Notes: a model not told the origin generated them from the sequence alone. A stretch of 64,000 nt of DNA from an uncultured delta proteobacterium (GCA_963793865.1 CAWCBP010000001.1:640001-704000), one strand, 5' to 3'; numbered from the stretch's first letter, positions 29,172 to 39,990 are shown. Made by a program: numbers and translations.

Positions 29172-30008
29172 GTGAAAATAAATGTGGCCAAAACCGGGGG
29201 GTTTTGCTTCGGCGTGCGCAGGGCGCTCACCATTGCCCAGAAAACGGCGGAGTCGGGCGCGTGCGTCGAAATGCTCGGTGATATTGTTCACAATGAGGAT
29301 GTGGTGAAAAAGCTGAACGACGCGGGCATACGCACCATAAAGAGGCTGGGCAGGGGTGAAAATAAAATTCTTTTGATTCGGGCTCACGGTGCTTCGCAGG
29401 AGGTTTTTGAGCGGGCGTTGGAGCGCGGCTATAGAATTGTGGATGCAACCTGCCCCAAGGTGCGGAAGATCTATAAGCTGGCGGAGATTTCAAAGCATGA
29501 GGGCTGCCAGGTCATCATTATCGGCGACAAGAAACATGATGAGGTCCGCGGAATCGTGGGGCAGCTCAAGGGCAAGGCAATTGTCATCGATAGCCCTGAA
29601 AAGATCCCGCTGGAGTCGATCAAGCGGATCAGCAAGGCCTGTGTGGTGGTTCAATCCACACAGAACCTGGAAACAACCCTGCAGATCCTTGCACGGCTGA
29701 GAAAACACATCAGCTGCCTCACCTTTTACAATACCATCTGCAAACCAACCCGGGTGAAACAGGAGGAAATAAAAACCCTGCCGGTTGAGAATGACGTCAT
29801 GATCATCATCGGATCAAGAACCAGCGCCAATACCAGGCGGCTGTTCGAAATTGCAAAATCCCTCAACAAACGCACCCACTGGATACAATCAAAAGAAGAG
29901 CTGAAGACGCGGTGGTTCAAAGGCGCCGGGAGCGTCGGGATCATGGCGGGGGCATCAACCCCTGATGAGACCACCAGGGGGGTTATCGGCTGCATACAGT
30001 CATTCTGA
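29172..30008 (+). CDS. ispH: 4-hydroxy-3-methylbut-2-enyl diphosphate reductase
   Basis: GFCFGVRRA, IVHN, AHG, DATCP, TIC, SANT, GASTP; GTG start after AGGAGG. Confidence 0.96.
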   Translation: MKINVAKTGGFCFGVRRALTIAQKTAESGACVEMLGDIVHNEDVVKKLNDAGIRTIKRLGRGENKILLIRAHGASQEVFERALERGYRIVDATCPKVRKIYKLAEISKHEGCQVIIIGDKKHDEVRGIVGQLKGKAIVIDSPEKIPLESIKRISKACVVVQSTQNLETTLQILARLRKHISCLTFYNTICKPTRVKQEEIKTLPVENDVMIIIGSRTSANTRRLFEIAKSLNKRTHWIQSKEELKTRWFKGAGSVGIMAGASTPDETTRGVIGCIQSF

Positions 30009-30010
30009 AA

Positions 30011-30889
30011 TCAGCGCTTTTCTTCCACCAGCTCCGCCACCACGGACAGCCCGATGGGGATGCCCTCCTTTTCAGGGGTAAAGGAGAGAACAACCTCCTG
30101 AAACTTGGTGTCGAAGCGTTCCTGCACATCCTCGGTGCGAAAATCCCGGCGGCCCATGTACGGTGCCCGGTACAGAACCTCTCCGCTGCCCAGGTATCCG
30201 TTGGTTTCCGAGTGGTAAATCTTGTAGCGAGATCCCGGGACAATCCGATCCATCCAGAATGATTCGATGAAGAACCGGACCCACAGGTCGTGGGATCCAA
30301 CAATAATGCGGGTAATGTCACCCGAAGAGAGGGTTTCACCCAGGCGCACGTCAAATTTGTATACCTTGCCGTCAATGGGCGAGGTCATTTCCAGCTCCTT
30401 GAGCCGGGCGGTGGCCAGCTCAACCTCCTGCAGCGCGACCCGCAAATTGCTTACCTCCAGCTCTTTTTTAAGTCGCGACTGGGTATAGCCGAATTCAGAA
30501 TCAACCTTCTGGGCATAGAGTGTCTTTTTCCTGCTCATGTCATCGCTGGTAATGTCAATCGTCTTTTCGGCGGAGGTGACTTTGGCCTGTGCCAGTGCGA
30601 GTTCCGCTCGCTCCACATCATTATCGAGCAGGCAGAGCACCTGCCCCGTGCGCACCACGTCACCTTCCTTGACGAAAATCTGCACAACATCCTTGGTGAC
30701 GGGGGGGCTTACAAAAACCTCCCGGCCGGCCGGTTCAACCACCCCGTACACACGGGCGGGTGATTCACTCAAAACGGGCGGCTCAGCCGCTTTGGGAGTC
30801 GCGGAGGCAATCATCAGGCTGTACAGGATAAAGACCAGGCCCAGCCCGACTACGATAATGGTGATGCCGTAGGTAAGCAGTTTTCTCAT
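30011..30889 (-). CDS. Periplasmic adaptor (HlyD/MFP) of ABC exporter
   Basis: N-terminal TM, VKEGDVVRTGQVL lipoyl half, coiled coil, SPIDG. Confidence 0.88.
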   Translation of the reverse strand: MRKLLTYGITIIVVGLGLVFILYSLMIASATPKAAEPPVLSESPARVYGVVEPAGREVFVSPPVTKDVVQIFVKEGDVVRTGQVLCLLDNDVERAELALAQAKVTSAEKTIDITSDDMSRKKTLYAQKVDSEFGYTQSRLKKELEVSNLRVALQEVELATARLKELEMTSPIDGKVYKFDVRLGETLSSGDITRIIVGSHDLWVRFFIESFWMDRIVPGSRYKIYHSETNGYLGSGEVLYRAPYMGRRDFRTEDVQERFDTKFQEVVLSFTPEKEGIPIGLSVVAELVEEKR

Positions 30890-31602
30890 ATGCCGTTTCC
30901 TTCCTTGCTGTCCGATTTGGAATCATATCCGATGTTTCCGTCTTCTATCTTGATCAGGCGGTCCGCGTAAGGGAACACCCGGGGGTCGTGGGTTACCAGC
31001 ACCACGCCGCGCGCGCTGTCCTGAGAAATGCGCTTGAGGGTATCGAGCACAACGGTGCTGCTCTCGGTGTCAAGCGCCGATGTGGGCTCGTCGCACAGGA
31101 GCAAAAGGGGTTCATTGATGAGCGAGCGGGCTATGGCAACGCGCTGCTTTTGGCCGGAGGAAAGCTGCTTAGATCTTCCCCGGGCATAGTCGCGGAGACC
31201 GAAGTTGGAAAGCAGGGTCAGCGCTTTCTCCCTGGTTGCGGACGAGGCTGATTTTCCCTGAATGGAGTGGCCGATGAGGACATTGTCCATAACCGAGAGG
31301 GCGGGGATGAGCTCGGCGAGCTGAAAGACAAAACCATAGTATTTCATGCGCATGGTTGCGCGCGCGTTTTCCGAGCTTAAGGACACCTCGCGGTCTCCTA
31401 TAAATATTTGTCCCTCGGAAGGCTTGAGCAGCAGGCCCATGATGGAGAGAAGGGTTGTTTTCCCGCTGCCCGAGGGGCCGGCGAGGATGGTGAGCTCCCC
31501 GGGGTAGATGCTGAGGTCCATTTTTTTCAGGACCCGCCTGATCTCCCTTCCGTCGGAAAAATCCCGCGCTATACCGTTAAGCTGAATAAGCGGTTGTAAC
31601 AT
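30886..31602 (-). CDS. ABC exporter ATP-binding subunit (LolD/DevA-like)
   Basis: GPSGSGKT, LSSGQKQR, LLCDEPT, VTHD. Confidence 0.93.
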   Translation of the reverse strand: MLQPLIQLNGIARDFSDGREIRRVLKKMDLSIYPGELTILAGPSGSGKTTLLSIMGLLLKPSEGQIFIGDREVSLSSENARATMRMKYYGFVFQLAELIPALSVMDNVLIGHSIQGKSASSATREKALTLLSNFGLRDYARGRSKQLSSGQKQRVAIARSLINEPLLLLCDEPTSALDTESSTVVLDTLKRISQDSARGVVLVTHDPRVFPYADRLIKIEDGNIGYDSKSDSKEGNGI

Positions 31603-31646
31603 GCGTTGTTGGTGCTCCTGTTCCGTTGTGACGGTGAACGCGGCTG

Positions 31647-32768
31647 CTATCGAAATACCGATGCCGGGTCAACGCTGGTTGCTTTGCGCATGGCGAATAA
31701 TGAGGCCACCAGGCAGAGCAAAAGGGTGCCCAGGGCATGGTAGCAGGCTACGTATTGCGGCATGTAGCTCGGCAGCCGTGAGCCGTGTGTGGAATACAGG
31801 AAAAAGGCGAGGAGCAGAAATCCGATGAAGATGCCCCCGATGCCGATCATGAGCGACTGGTAAAGAACAATAAGAAAGATGTCAATTTTACGTGCGCCCA
31901 GCGCGCGCAGAACCGCAAACTCCTTCTGGCGGTGCAGGACGCTGGTGTACATGGTGAGCATGATGATGACCATTCCCACCAGTGCGCCGATCAGGGTGGA
32001 AAACCCGAAGCTGCCCCCGATTCCCGTGTTGCGTATGTAATAGGTGCGGGTCGCCTGCGATAAGGCGGCGCTGGAGAGCACCTCCGCCCGCGGCAGCATG
32101 GAGCGTATGGCTTCAATCACGGAGCCGGCATCGGCAGCGGGCTTGAGCTTGATCAGGATGGCGCTGCAGCGGCCGGGGGCCAAATTGACAATCTCCTTTG
32201 CCTTGACCATATTGGTGAATACCAGCGTCCCGGAAAACCCCCGGATGCTTCTGGTGATGGCGCTGACGCGCACGCGGGTATCGGATATTTCAAAAAACTG
32301 GTCGATTTCCGGATCTCCCAGAATATTCAGGTCCAGGCTGTCCACGGTGACACCGTCGGCATCAAAGAGGGCAAAGGGTGATTGCCGAGCGTACCGCCAG
32401 GGACCAAGCGCGTGGCGGGGGCTCCTGACCCCGACCACCTGCACCACCTGGAACTGCCCGTCCGACCGCTTGAACCTGCCGCTGGCGAAGACGACGGGCT
32501 CCACCCATTCAATCTCCTCTAAACCGCTGATGCGGTCCACATAGCGCACGGGAAGGGTGCCGGTGGCATTGACATTACTGGTGTTCTTGCTGCACACCCA
32601 GATGTCGGCGCCGCTGTGATCCACCAGGACCGACATGTAGTTGAACAGCCCGAAGAGAACGGAGAGCTGCTGGCCGACGAGAAACACGATGGCCACCACG
32701 CCGAGCACTGCGCCGGCGGTGGTGGAGCGGTCGTGAAGCAGCATTTTGAGTGCAGCCAGACTACGCAT
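31647..32768 (-). CDS. ABC exporter permease (FtsX/MacB/DevC-like)
   Basis: One TM, periplasmic domain (SGADIWV), three TMs, EFAVLRALGA, DPASVFR. Confidence 0.88.
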   Translation of the reverse strand: MRSLAALKMLLHDRSTTAGAVLGVVAIVFLVGQQLSVLFGLFNYMSVLVDHSGADIWVCSKNTSNVNATGTLPVRYVDRISGLEEIEWVEPVVFASGRFKRSDGQFQVVQVVGVRSPRHALGPWRYARQSPFALFDADGVTVDSLDLNILGDPEIDQFFEISDTRVRVSAITRSIRGFSGTLVFTNMVKAKEIVNLAPGRCSAILIKLKPAADAGSVIEAIRSMLPRAEVLSSAALSQATRTYYIRNTGIGGSFGFSTLIGALVGMVIIMLTMYTSVLHRQKEFAVLRALGARKIDIFLIVLYQSLMIGIGGIFIGFLLLAFFLYSTHGSRLPSYMPQYVACYHALGTLLLCLVASLFAMRKATSVDPASVFR

Positions 32769-33863
32769 GGGATCCCAACAAATGAAGTGAACGTGTGTGT
32801 GCCTCTTCAAAGGTCCGGACGACGGCATCGGAAAAGGGGAGCAGGGCCTCGCCTGCCAGCACCGCCGCCGGTCCCCCGACCACAAGCTTGCAGCCCGGTG
32901 CCAGACGCCGGATCTTTTGCAGGAGCGACTTTGCAGCGGGAAGATGGGCGGTTAAAATGACCGAGACAAGAATGACGTCGGGTTTGGATTGCTGAATTGC
33001 TTCCAGAATGTCCTCCTCGGGGGCGATGTGACCCATGCTTACCACCTCCCATCCCTTTATTTCAAGGTAGTTTTCCAGGATTTCAGCGCCCATTTCGTGC
33101 TCTTCTCCGGGAACGCAGGTTATCAGGGCCTTGTAGGGAAGGGGGGCGACACGGGAAGCGCGTCCGCCAGCCGCATCATGATGTAACGGCAGATGTCCGT
33201 TGCCACGTGGACGTCAACCACGTTAATGCTGTTTTTCTGCCAGAGCCTTCCCAGTGCGGTAAGCGAAGCGGTCAGCACGTCTCCGTACAAACGCTCAATG
33301 GTCATGCCTTCCTTCAGCAGGGAAAGTATGTAGTCGGTTGCTTCCTTCCTCCGCTTGGCCAGGAGATGATCCATAAACGGCTGGATCAGCGGCGGCAGGG
33401 TCACCTTTTCAATGGAACATGTCTTGTACAGTGAGGTAAGGTGCTGATGCAGCACCTGCAGCGGTCTGGTCAACTCGTGCGCCTCGGGGGGCTTTATGAC
33501 GCTGTGAATTGCCATGTCCCATGACCTGAGCAGGTGATCAAGGTAGTCAATCTCGAACCCCCGGCTGCAGAAAACCGAGATGTACCAGCAGAATTCCTCC
33601 TGCAGCTGATCGTAGAGGTGAAATTCGTAGGAGGCGCGCAGAAGGTCGCCGAATTGCCGGTGCACTTCCTCGGCCAGCCGCTGCTGCTCCCGTGGAAAGT
33701 TCTGGCCCAGGTATTTGATTTCAAGTTCGTACTTTTCCCGCACCAGGTCAAGTATCTTGGGAAAGGAGTGATTGAGCAGCTCCAGCGCCGACGAGGACAT
33801 GGGCGGAAGAGTTACGTGTGCCACAGCGTCAGTTGTTTCTTTGTTTGGTATGGTGTCGTTCAT
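32761..33863 (-). CDS. Cobalamin-binding domain protein without HTH (one apparent frameshift near 33135)
   Basis: B12 cap GRLWQKNSINVVDVH; after the frame change ALITCVPGEEHEMGAEIL...SV...VVGG. Confidence 0.8.
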
Positions 33864-33882
33864 CCGCATCTTTCGGCAGTGT

Positions 33883-34758
33883 TTATAGGGCGCGCAGGTG
33901 CTCAGGGGTAAGTGCTCCCCTGTCATGCCGGTCAAGAACCCTGTCCAGCAATTGCACGCATGCCTTTTTGTCCCTGGGAAGCCGGGCCTTGACCGGGAAA
34001 TAATTGGAGGCATGGTTGGAGAAAAAAAGGCAACGGTTTAAATCCGATTCGGCAATCATGGTTTTCAGTTCCAGCAGCAATTCAAAGGGGGAGGGCAGGG
34101 CAAATGAGCCTTCCTGTGCAGCATCATAAAGCGGGGCCCCGGGTATGAGCATCAGCGTCAGGGCGCCGACATAGTCCGGCTGAATGCGGGTCAGGATCTT
34201 CGCTGTTTCACGGGCATGGATCAGGCTGCGCTCCCTGCCGCCAACTCCCAGGAGCACGGTAGCCGATAGTTTTATGCCCGCTTCTTTAACCCGGACTGCC
34301 GCCTCCACCGTGCGGTCAGCGGTCGCGCCCTTGTGAACCGCTGCAAGGGTTGCATCATCCCCCGATTCTATGCCGAGGTAGATGATGCCCAGCTTGAGCT
34401 CTTTCAGTTCCTTCAGCTCCGCGACGCTCTTTCTCAGGATGCTTTTAGTGTTTGCGTAGATTCCGATTCTTTGCAGGGTGGGAAAGCGCTGATGGAGAGA
34501 GTGCATTATTTCCAGCAGTTTTGGCTGGGGAATGATCAGCGCGTCTCCGTCAGCAAGGAAAACCCTCCTCACTTCTGCTGAAAACAGGCTTGCTTCTTCA
34601 ATATCCCGGCTGATTTCCTCAATGCCCCTGATGCGGAATCTCCTCCCTTTGTAGGCAGGACAAAAGGTGCAGCGGTTGTGCGAGCAGCCGACGGTCACCT
34701 GCAGAATAAAGCTGTTGGCCTCACTGGGTGGACGGATGACCGGCCCCTCATAATTCAT
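33883..34758 (-). CDS. Radical SAM protein
   Basis: YEGPVIRPPSE, CSHNRCTFC, SNHASNY. Confidence 0.92.
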   Translation of the reverse strand: MNYEGPVIRPPSEANSFILQVTVGCSHNRCTFCPAYKGRRFRIRGIEEISRDIEEASLFSAEVRRVFLADGDALIIPQPKLLEIMHSLHQRFPTLQRIGIYANTKSILRKSVAELKELKELKLGIIYLGIESGDDATLAAVHKGATADRTVEAAVRVKEAGIKLSATVLLGVGGRERSLIHARETAKILTRIQPDYVGALTLMLIPGAPLYDAAQEGSFALPSPFELLLELKTMIAESDLNRCLFFSNHASNYFPVKARLPRDKKACVQLLDRVLDRHDRGALTPEHLRAL

Positions 34759-36077
34759 GGCGCGCTCAGCTCCCTTTGAATGGCAGGGACGATCTCAGAA
34801 CGGGGGACGCCTTTTTGTTCGCCTCTGCTCATGTCGCGAAGCACGACAGTGTGCTGGCGTATTTCATCCGGCCCCAGGATGGCAACCAGGGGAATTTTCC
34901 TGCCGGCGGCATAGGCGAGCTGTTTTTTCATTTTGTCCTGCTTCAAATACATTTCCGCCTTTATGCCGGCAGAGCGCAGCAGCGACAGGAGGCTCAGCGA
35001 TTCATGCTCCGTTTCCGGGCTGAATATGGCAACCAGCACCTCACTGGCACTTCCGCCTGATGCCGACAGGTTAAGCTCCTCCATCACCGTGATAACGCGT
35101 TCCAGCCCGAAGGAAGAGCCGGTGGCGGGAAGCGGTGCGGTGTTGAACATGCCTATCAGGTTGTCATAGCGTCCGCCGCCGGAAATGCTGCCGATGCGCG
35201 GCTCGTCCACCGTGGTTTCGAAAATGGGTCCGGTATAATAATCAAGCCCCCGCGCGAGGGAAAGGTCAAAGCAATAATTCCCCTTGTCAATGTTAAGGGA
35301 TGCGAGGCAGGAAAACATATCCTCCAGTTCCTTAATGCCCCGGGCAAGGGAAGGGGAATTGGGAAATCTTTCTTTTAAATAATCAAAATCAATTTTAATG
35401 CCGTTAGTATTGTCGTATAGTTCAAGTATCGCATTAACTGTTGTTTGAGCCAAACCCTTTTCGAGCATTTCCTCCTTGACGCCCTCAATACCCTTTTGCT
35501 CCAGCTTGTCAATGATTCTCAGCACGGCTGGTACGGTGTCTTCAGCAATACCCAGTCCCTGGGCGATGCCGTTTAATATTTTACGGCTGTTGATGTGAAT
35601 GGTGAACCCCGTGAAGGTAAGCGCCTTCAGTATGTGATAGATGACGGCAATGATCTCCGCGTCGGCAAGAACGCTGTCGCTTCCCACAATGTCTGCGTCG
35701 CACTGCCAGAACTCTCGGAAGCGGCCTCTCTGAGGCTTGTCGGCGCGCCACACGGGGGAAATCTGGTAGCATTTGAACGGCTTGGGGAGTTCCGGATACA
35801 TGGCCACGACACGGGAGAGGGGTATGGTAAGATCGTACCTCAGGGCGACCTGGCGTCCGCCCCTGTCGGTGAATTTGTATATAAGCTTCTCACCCTCTTC
35901 CCCGTATTTACCCTCCAGCAGGGAGGCGTATTCAATGGCGGGAGTCTCAAGCGGTTCAAAGCCGAACAGCTCAAAGGTCTGCTGAATGGTCTTGATGACC
36001 TTTTGCCGCAGCATCTTCTGCGGCGGAAGAAAATCCCTGAATCCCTTAAGTATCTGGGGTTTTATTGATGGTGCCAT
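34755..36077 (-). CDS. hisS: Histidine--tRNA ligase
   Basis: KGFRDFLP, LRYDLT, GRFREFWQCD, RGLDYYTG, GGGRYD. Confidence 0.97.
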   Translation of the reverse strand: MAPSIKPQILKGFRDFLPPQKMLRQKVIKTIQQTFELFGFEPLETPAIEYASLLEGKYGEEGEKLIYKFTDRGGRQVALRYDLTIPLSRVVAMYPELPKPFKCYQISPVWRADKPQRGRFREFWQCDADIVGSDSVLADAEIIAVIYHILKALTFTGFTIHINSRKILNGIAQGLGIAEDTVPAVLRIIDKLEQKGIEGVKEEMLEKGLAQTTVNAILELYDNTNGIKIDFDYLKERFPNSPSLARGIKELEDMFSCLASLNIDKGNYCFDLSLARGLDYYTGPIFETTVDEPRIGSISGGGRYDNLIGMFNTAPLPATGSSFGLERVITVMEELNLSASGGSASEVLVAIFSPETEHESLSLLSLLRSAGIKAEMYLKQDKMKKQLAYAAGRKIPLVAILGPDEIRQHTVVLRDMSRGEQKGVPRSEIVPAIQRELSAP

Positions 36078-36356
36078 TGCCGGATGATGAGCGCAGCTCA
36101 ATGCGCTGCTGAATGTGAAATGAGTATCATGAGTGCAAAATACCTTACATGAACTTCCCTTCAGCGTCAACAGGTTATTAGCCGCCTCAATTTTTTTATC
36201 AGCTAATAATTTGACAACCTTCCGGCGGAAGTTTACAATTCAACAATAAGCAGGTCACGCTGCCGATGCGGTTGCGGGTATACGGCCTTCATGGGCATAC
36301 CGCGTCCGGGCGCGGCCGAATCCGGGACGGGGTTAGGATAGTCAGGATAAGGGCAG

Positions 36357-37094
36357 ATGGCGAGGCACTTTTTCCTCGATAGAGACAGCATAAGCCGGGA
36401 CAGGGCTTTCATAGCCGGCGATGAGGCGAGGCATATTGCCTCGGTGCTGCGGCTGCGTGCAGGTGATGCGATTCGCTTGATAGACCAGGAGGGGTGGGAA
36501 TACAGTGCGGTTATCAGTGCCAGCAGCCCTCAGCGTGTCGAGGTTGCGTTGATTGAAAAACGCCCTCCGCCGGAGGTACCTGCCTGCAGGATAATATTGG
36601 GACAGGCCCTTCCCAAATTCCAGAAGATGGACTATATAGTGCAAAAGGCAACCGAGCTGGGCGTCAGCAGCATCATCCCCTTTGTATCAAGCCGCAGCAT
36701 CGGGGGCGCAGGCGCTGACCGGCTTCGCCTCAAGCGCCTCCGCTGGCAGAAGATTGCGCGGGAGGCCACAAAACAGTGCGGGAGAAGGCTGGTGCCGGCG
36801 GTTGAAAAAGTTACCGTATTTCGTGATGTTGTCCAGGCGAAGCGCGAGAATTATCTTAAGATAATCCTCTGGGAAGACGAAAAGAAAACCGGATTGAGAG
36901 AGGTGCTCATCGGAAGCAATCACTCTAAAAATGCGGTGGTACTGGTAGGCCCCGAGGGAGGTTTTACACCCCGGGAAATCGAACTGGCCGAAGGCTGCGG
37001 CTTTCAGCCGGCCGGCCTGGGACCGCATATCATGCGCACCGAGACGGCATCGCTCTATGTGCTCTCCGTTTTACAGTATGAGTGGGAGGGATGA
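36357..37094 (+). CDS. rsmE: 16S rRNA m3U1498 methyltransferase
   Basis: HIASVLRL, QKATELGV, VGPEGG, LGPHIMRTETA. Confidence 0.95.
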   Translation: MARHFFLDRDSISRDRAFIAGDEARHIASVLRLRAGDAIRLIDQEGWEYSAVISASSPQRVEVALIEKRPPPEVPACRIILGQALPKFQKMDYIVQKATELGVSSIIPFVSSRSIGGAGADRLRLKRLRWQKIAREATKQCGRRLVPAVEKVTVFRDVVQAKRENYLKIILWEDEKKTGLREVLIGSNHSKNAVVLVGPEGGFTPREIELAEGCGFQPAGLGPHIMRTETASLYVLSVLQYEWEG

Positions 37095-37196
37095 ACCCAC
37101 AATACTGTCTGTCTGCAGGTTGACAAGAGGAGCCCGCGTGAATGTGCGGGCATGCCGGCACAGTGCCGGGAACAGCGGTTCTGAAGGAGCTGCGCC

Positions 37197-38249
37197 ATGA
37201 AGTGCCCGCGATGTAATTACGTGAGTTTCGACAGCATGCCGCGATGCAAGAAGTGCGGACATCAGTTTAAACCGTCAGCCTCTCAGCAGGATTCGGTGAG
37301 TATCTCCTCGCTTGTTTCAGACATCCCTGCGGGAGAAGGCGAAACCCGCGAGATCGATGCGGATGCCGATCTCAAAAAGGCAGTCTCATCCATCCGGAAA
37401 ACACTTGCTGAAATAGATGAGAAAACCGGTGACCGGCCTCAGGATCAACCGCTTGAGGGTGATACCGGTGATTTGAAGTTCCGGATTGACGGCAGCTGCA
37501 TGGATGGCTCCGGCCAATTCTCCGACGTCAGTGAAATCAACTGGGAAGACAGTGTCTCGCTGAGCGGTGATAACGTGATTCTGCCGTTTCACGACGATGG
37601 TCCCGGGGCGACGGAAGCGGACGCGGATGATACTCCTGTTGCCGGGGGGGAACGTATGCAGGGAACGCTCAGGAAGATTAGCGAGGAGCTCAAGGAGATT
37701 GAAAAAGGGCCTCAAGAGGCGGAAGCGGGATTGAAAGGGATCGAAGAAGAGCCGATCCTTTTTGATCCCCCTGCCGGTATGGCTGTGCCGGAAGAGGATA
37801 CGGTCACTGCGCCGGTCAGCGCAGGCGGTTTTTGGATACGGACCCTGGCGTACCTGATTGACTCGGTTATTCTGGAAGTTTTGTCATTGATTCTGATAGT
37901 GGTGGGCATGCTGGCAATGAGCATGAGTCCATCGGGTTTGGCAGCGTTCGATGAAGACCGCATCATGGGGGTATTGGGTCCATACTACCTCTTCAGCACC
38001 ATTATCACCATCCTGTATTTTACCTATTTTCACGGCAGCATCGGCCAGACCCCGGGTAAAATGCTCTGCGGTCTCAAGGTGGTGAGGGTTGACGGGGAAC
38101 CCCTGGGCTTTGCACGGGCGCTGCTGCGATGGGCGGGGTATCTACCCTCCAGCCTGGTTTTTGGTCTCGGCTTTCTCTGGATTGCCTGGGACAGGAACAA
38201 ACAGGCCTGGCATGATAAAATCGCGGGCACCCGGGTCATACGCCTCTAG
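37197..38249 (+). CDS. RDD family protein with N-terminal zinc ribbon and acidic linker
   Basis: MKCPRC...CKKC; GFWIR.LAYLID, GQTPGK, HDKIAGT. Confidence 0.88.
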   Translation: MKCPRCNYVSFDSMPRCKKCGHQFKPSASQQDSVSISSLVSDIPAGEGETREIDADADLKKAVSSIRKTLAEIDEKTGDRPQDQPLEGDTGDLKFRIDGSCMDGSGQFSDVSEINWEDSVSLSGDNVILPFHDDGPGATEADADDTPVAGGERMQGTLRKISEELKEIEKGPQEAEAGLKGIEEEPILFDPPAGMAVPEEDTVTAPVSAGGFWIRTLAYLIDSVILEVLSLILIVVGMLAMSMSPSGLAAFDEDRIMGVLGPYYLFSTIITILYFTYFHGSIGQTPGKMLCGLKVVRVDGEPLGFARALLRWAGYLPSSLVFGLGFLWIAWDRNKQAWHDKIAGTRVIRL

Positions 38250-38296
38250 GAAGTGAATTAGTATCAAAGTCTGATTCTGCAACGGCAAACTGAGGC

Positions 38297-38992
38297 GTGA
38301 CCGGTATGGGGCCATGGGAAAAAGAGATGCATGGAATCTATGTGCGGAAAATGACGGCGCTGCTGGTGCTCACGCTTGCGCTGGCCCTTACCTGCGCCTG
38401 CAACTCATCCAGGGCGGAGAGGCACTACCGGCGCGGGGTCAGGAGCATGCTCAAGGGCAAATCCGCCAAGGCGGTGGAGGAATTCTCGAAGGCCATCCGC
38501 TACAACCCGAATTACGGCCAGGCATTTTTCCAGCTTGCCTCGGTGTACGAATCGGAAGGGCTGCTTGAAAAAGCCTGCGGCATGTATCAGGAGCTGATGC
38601 GCATCGATCCCGCGATGCAGACAGAGGCGGAATGCAGGCTGGCGAAAGTGTACAGCCGCCTGGGAAAATGGCAGGAGGCCGTGGCCTGCTTCAACCGGGT
38701 TATCGATGCAAACCCCGCACATGCCGACGCGCACTACGGCCTTGCCACCATTTACAGACAATGCAACGAAAACGAGATGGCGCTGCGTGCCTACCAAAAG
38801 GCGGTTGAATGCAACGCGCAGCATTTTGAAGCCCACTATGCGCTTGCGGTCATGTATTATATCGACGGCAAATTCAGCCACGCGCGCACTCACGCCGCGC
38901 TCGCGACCGAGCGCTTTCCTTCCGCCTTCAAGTTGCTGGCCCTGATAGAAGAAGAACTGGCGCGATCCACCGGGGCGCATGCAGCATCCTGA
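38297..38992 (+). CDS. TPR-repeat protein, possible lipoprotein
   Basis: Several TPR motifs; hydrophobic stretch ending LTCACN; start uncertain. Confidence 0.82.
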   Translation: MTGMGPWEKEMHGIYVRKMTALLVLTLALALTCACNSSRAERHYRRGVRSMLKGKSAKAVEEFSKAIRYNPNYGQAFFQLASVYESEGLLEKACGMYQELMRIDPAMQTEAECRLAKVYSRLGKWQEAVACFNRVIDANPAHADAHYGLATIYRQCNENEMALRAYQKAVECNAQHFEAHYALAVMYYIDGKFSHARTHAALATERFPSAFKLLALIEEELARSTGAHAAS

Positions 38993-39051
38993 TGGTATCG
39001 TTCGACAAGAGGGCTTCCGGCCCGTAACCGCAGGAAGGTTGACTGACCGTT

Positions 39052-39813
39052 ATGAATAAAAGGCAGCTGTTCATTATCTGGTGTGGGTTGCTTGTTGCCG
39101 TCAGCATGATCTGGTTTCCGGGCAGGTGGTTTGGATACATTGTAAACGGCTACCCGGTGATCAAGCCTGAGAGCATGGAGTTTTTGGTGAAGATTCTCAT
39201 GCCGCTGCTGGGCTTTACCATTCTGCTTGTGTACGGCATGCGTGATAAACGGATGCCCGCTTCGGGCTTCGCCGGGGTGCGGACGTATCGTCCCCGTCGC
39301 TCCTCTTTTTTTTACGCGTTGCTGATCCTGTCGGGGGGGATCTTCTTCGGGTTCATGGGCAGTTATTACATGATTTCCAGGGCGGACCGACCTGTCCCCG
39401 ATCCGGTTAGGCAGGAAATGAAGGCTGGTGAGACTGATGACCAGTTCAGAAATTTCTGTCGCCGGGAGGGGTACCGTCAGGAGGTGGAAGCGCTGACAAA
39501 ATGGCTGAGGGACGAGCGGGCAAACAGTATTGCCATACTCTATAATGGGGATGACGCATACAGCCATGATGTTTACACCTATTTATTACAAAGTCTTTCA
39601 CAGGAAAAGATCACCGTTGCCTTCAGCGATATGTTCAAGGACGGCGACAGGTCTTTTTTAAAGGAAATGAAGGCCCTCGAGTCGGCGAAGCCGGAGGCCA
39701 TCATTTTTCTGGGAAGTTATGACGAGCGGGTAGCCTTTCTGGAGACCATTGCACAGCAGCCTCAGGCGGAATTCTGGCAAAAGAGGCTCAATAAGATAAA
39801 ATGGATTGAGTAG
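39052..39813 (+). CDS. Hypothetical membrane protein with C-terminal periplasmic-binding-protein-like half domain
   Basis: Three TMs, then IAILYNGDDAYS...KPEAIIFLG. Confidence 0.55.
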   Translation: MNKRQLFIIWCGLLVAVSMIWFPGRWFGYIVNGYPVIKPESMEFLVKILMPLLGFTILLVYGMRDKRMPASGFAGVRTYRPRRSSFFYALLILSGGIFFGFMGSYYMISRADRPVPDPVRQEMKAGETDDQFRNFCRREGYRQEVEALTKWLRDERANSIAILYNGDDAYSHDVYTYLLQSLSQEKITVAFSDMFKDGDRSFLKEMKALESAKPEAIIFLGSYDERVAFLETIAQQPQAEFWQKRLNKIKWIE

Positions 39814-39930
39814 CGACTCATTGATGCCTATCTTTTCTATTCCCGGCATTGGTTCAGGAATGCCGGGATTTTTTTATATACGGTATTTGTATGCGACGGA
39901 GCGCGTCCCTGCTTGTAATGCTTATACAAA

Positions 39931-39960
39931 TGTAGGGGCGACCGGCCGGTCGCCCCTACA
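39931..39960. repeat. GTAG-type REP, perfect 30-bp palindrome
   Basis: TGTAGGGGCGACCGGCCGGTCGCCCCTACA between convergent genes. Confidence 0.75.
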
Positions 39961-39990
39961 TAGACCTTATTTACTTGTTAAAACGGGCAA

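Noticed and set aside
33123..33125. TGA as a possible Sec codon in the B12-binding gene
   Set aside because: The downstream domain is in a different frame, and there is no redox-Cys context
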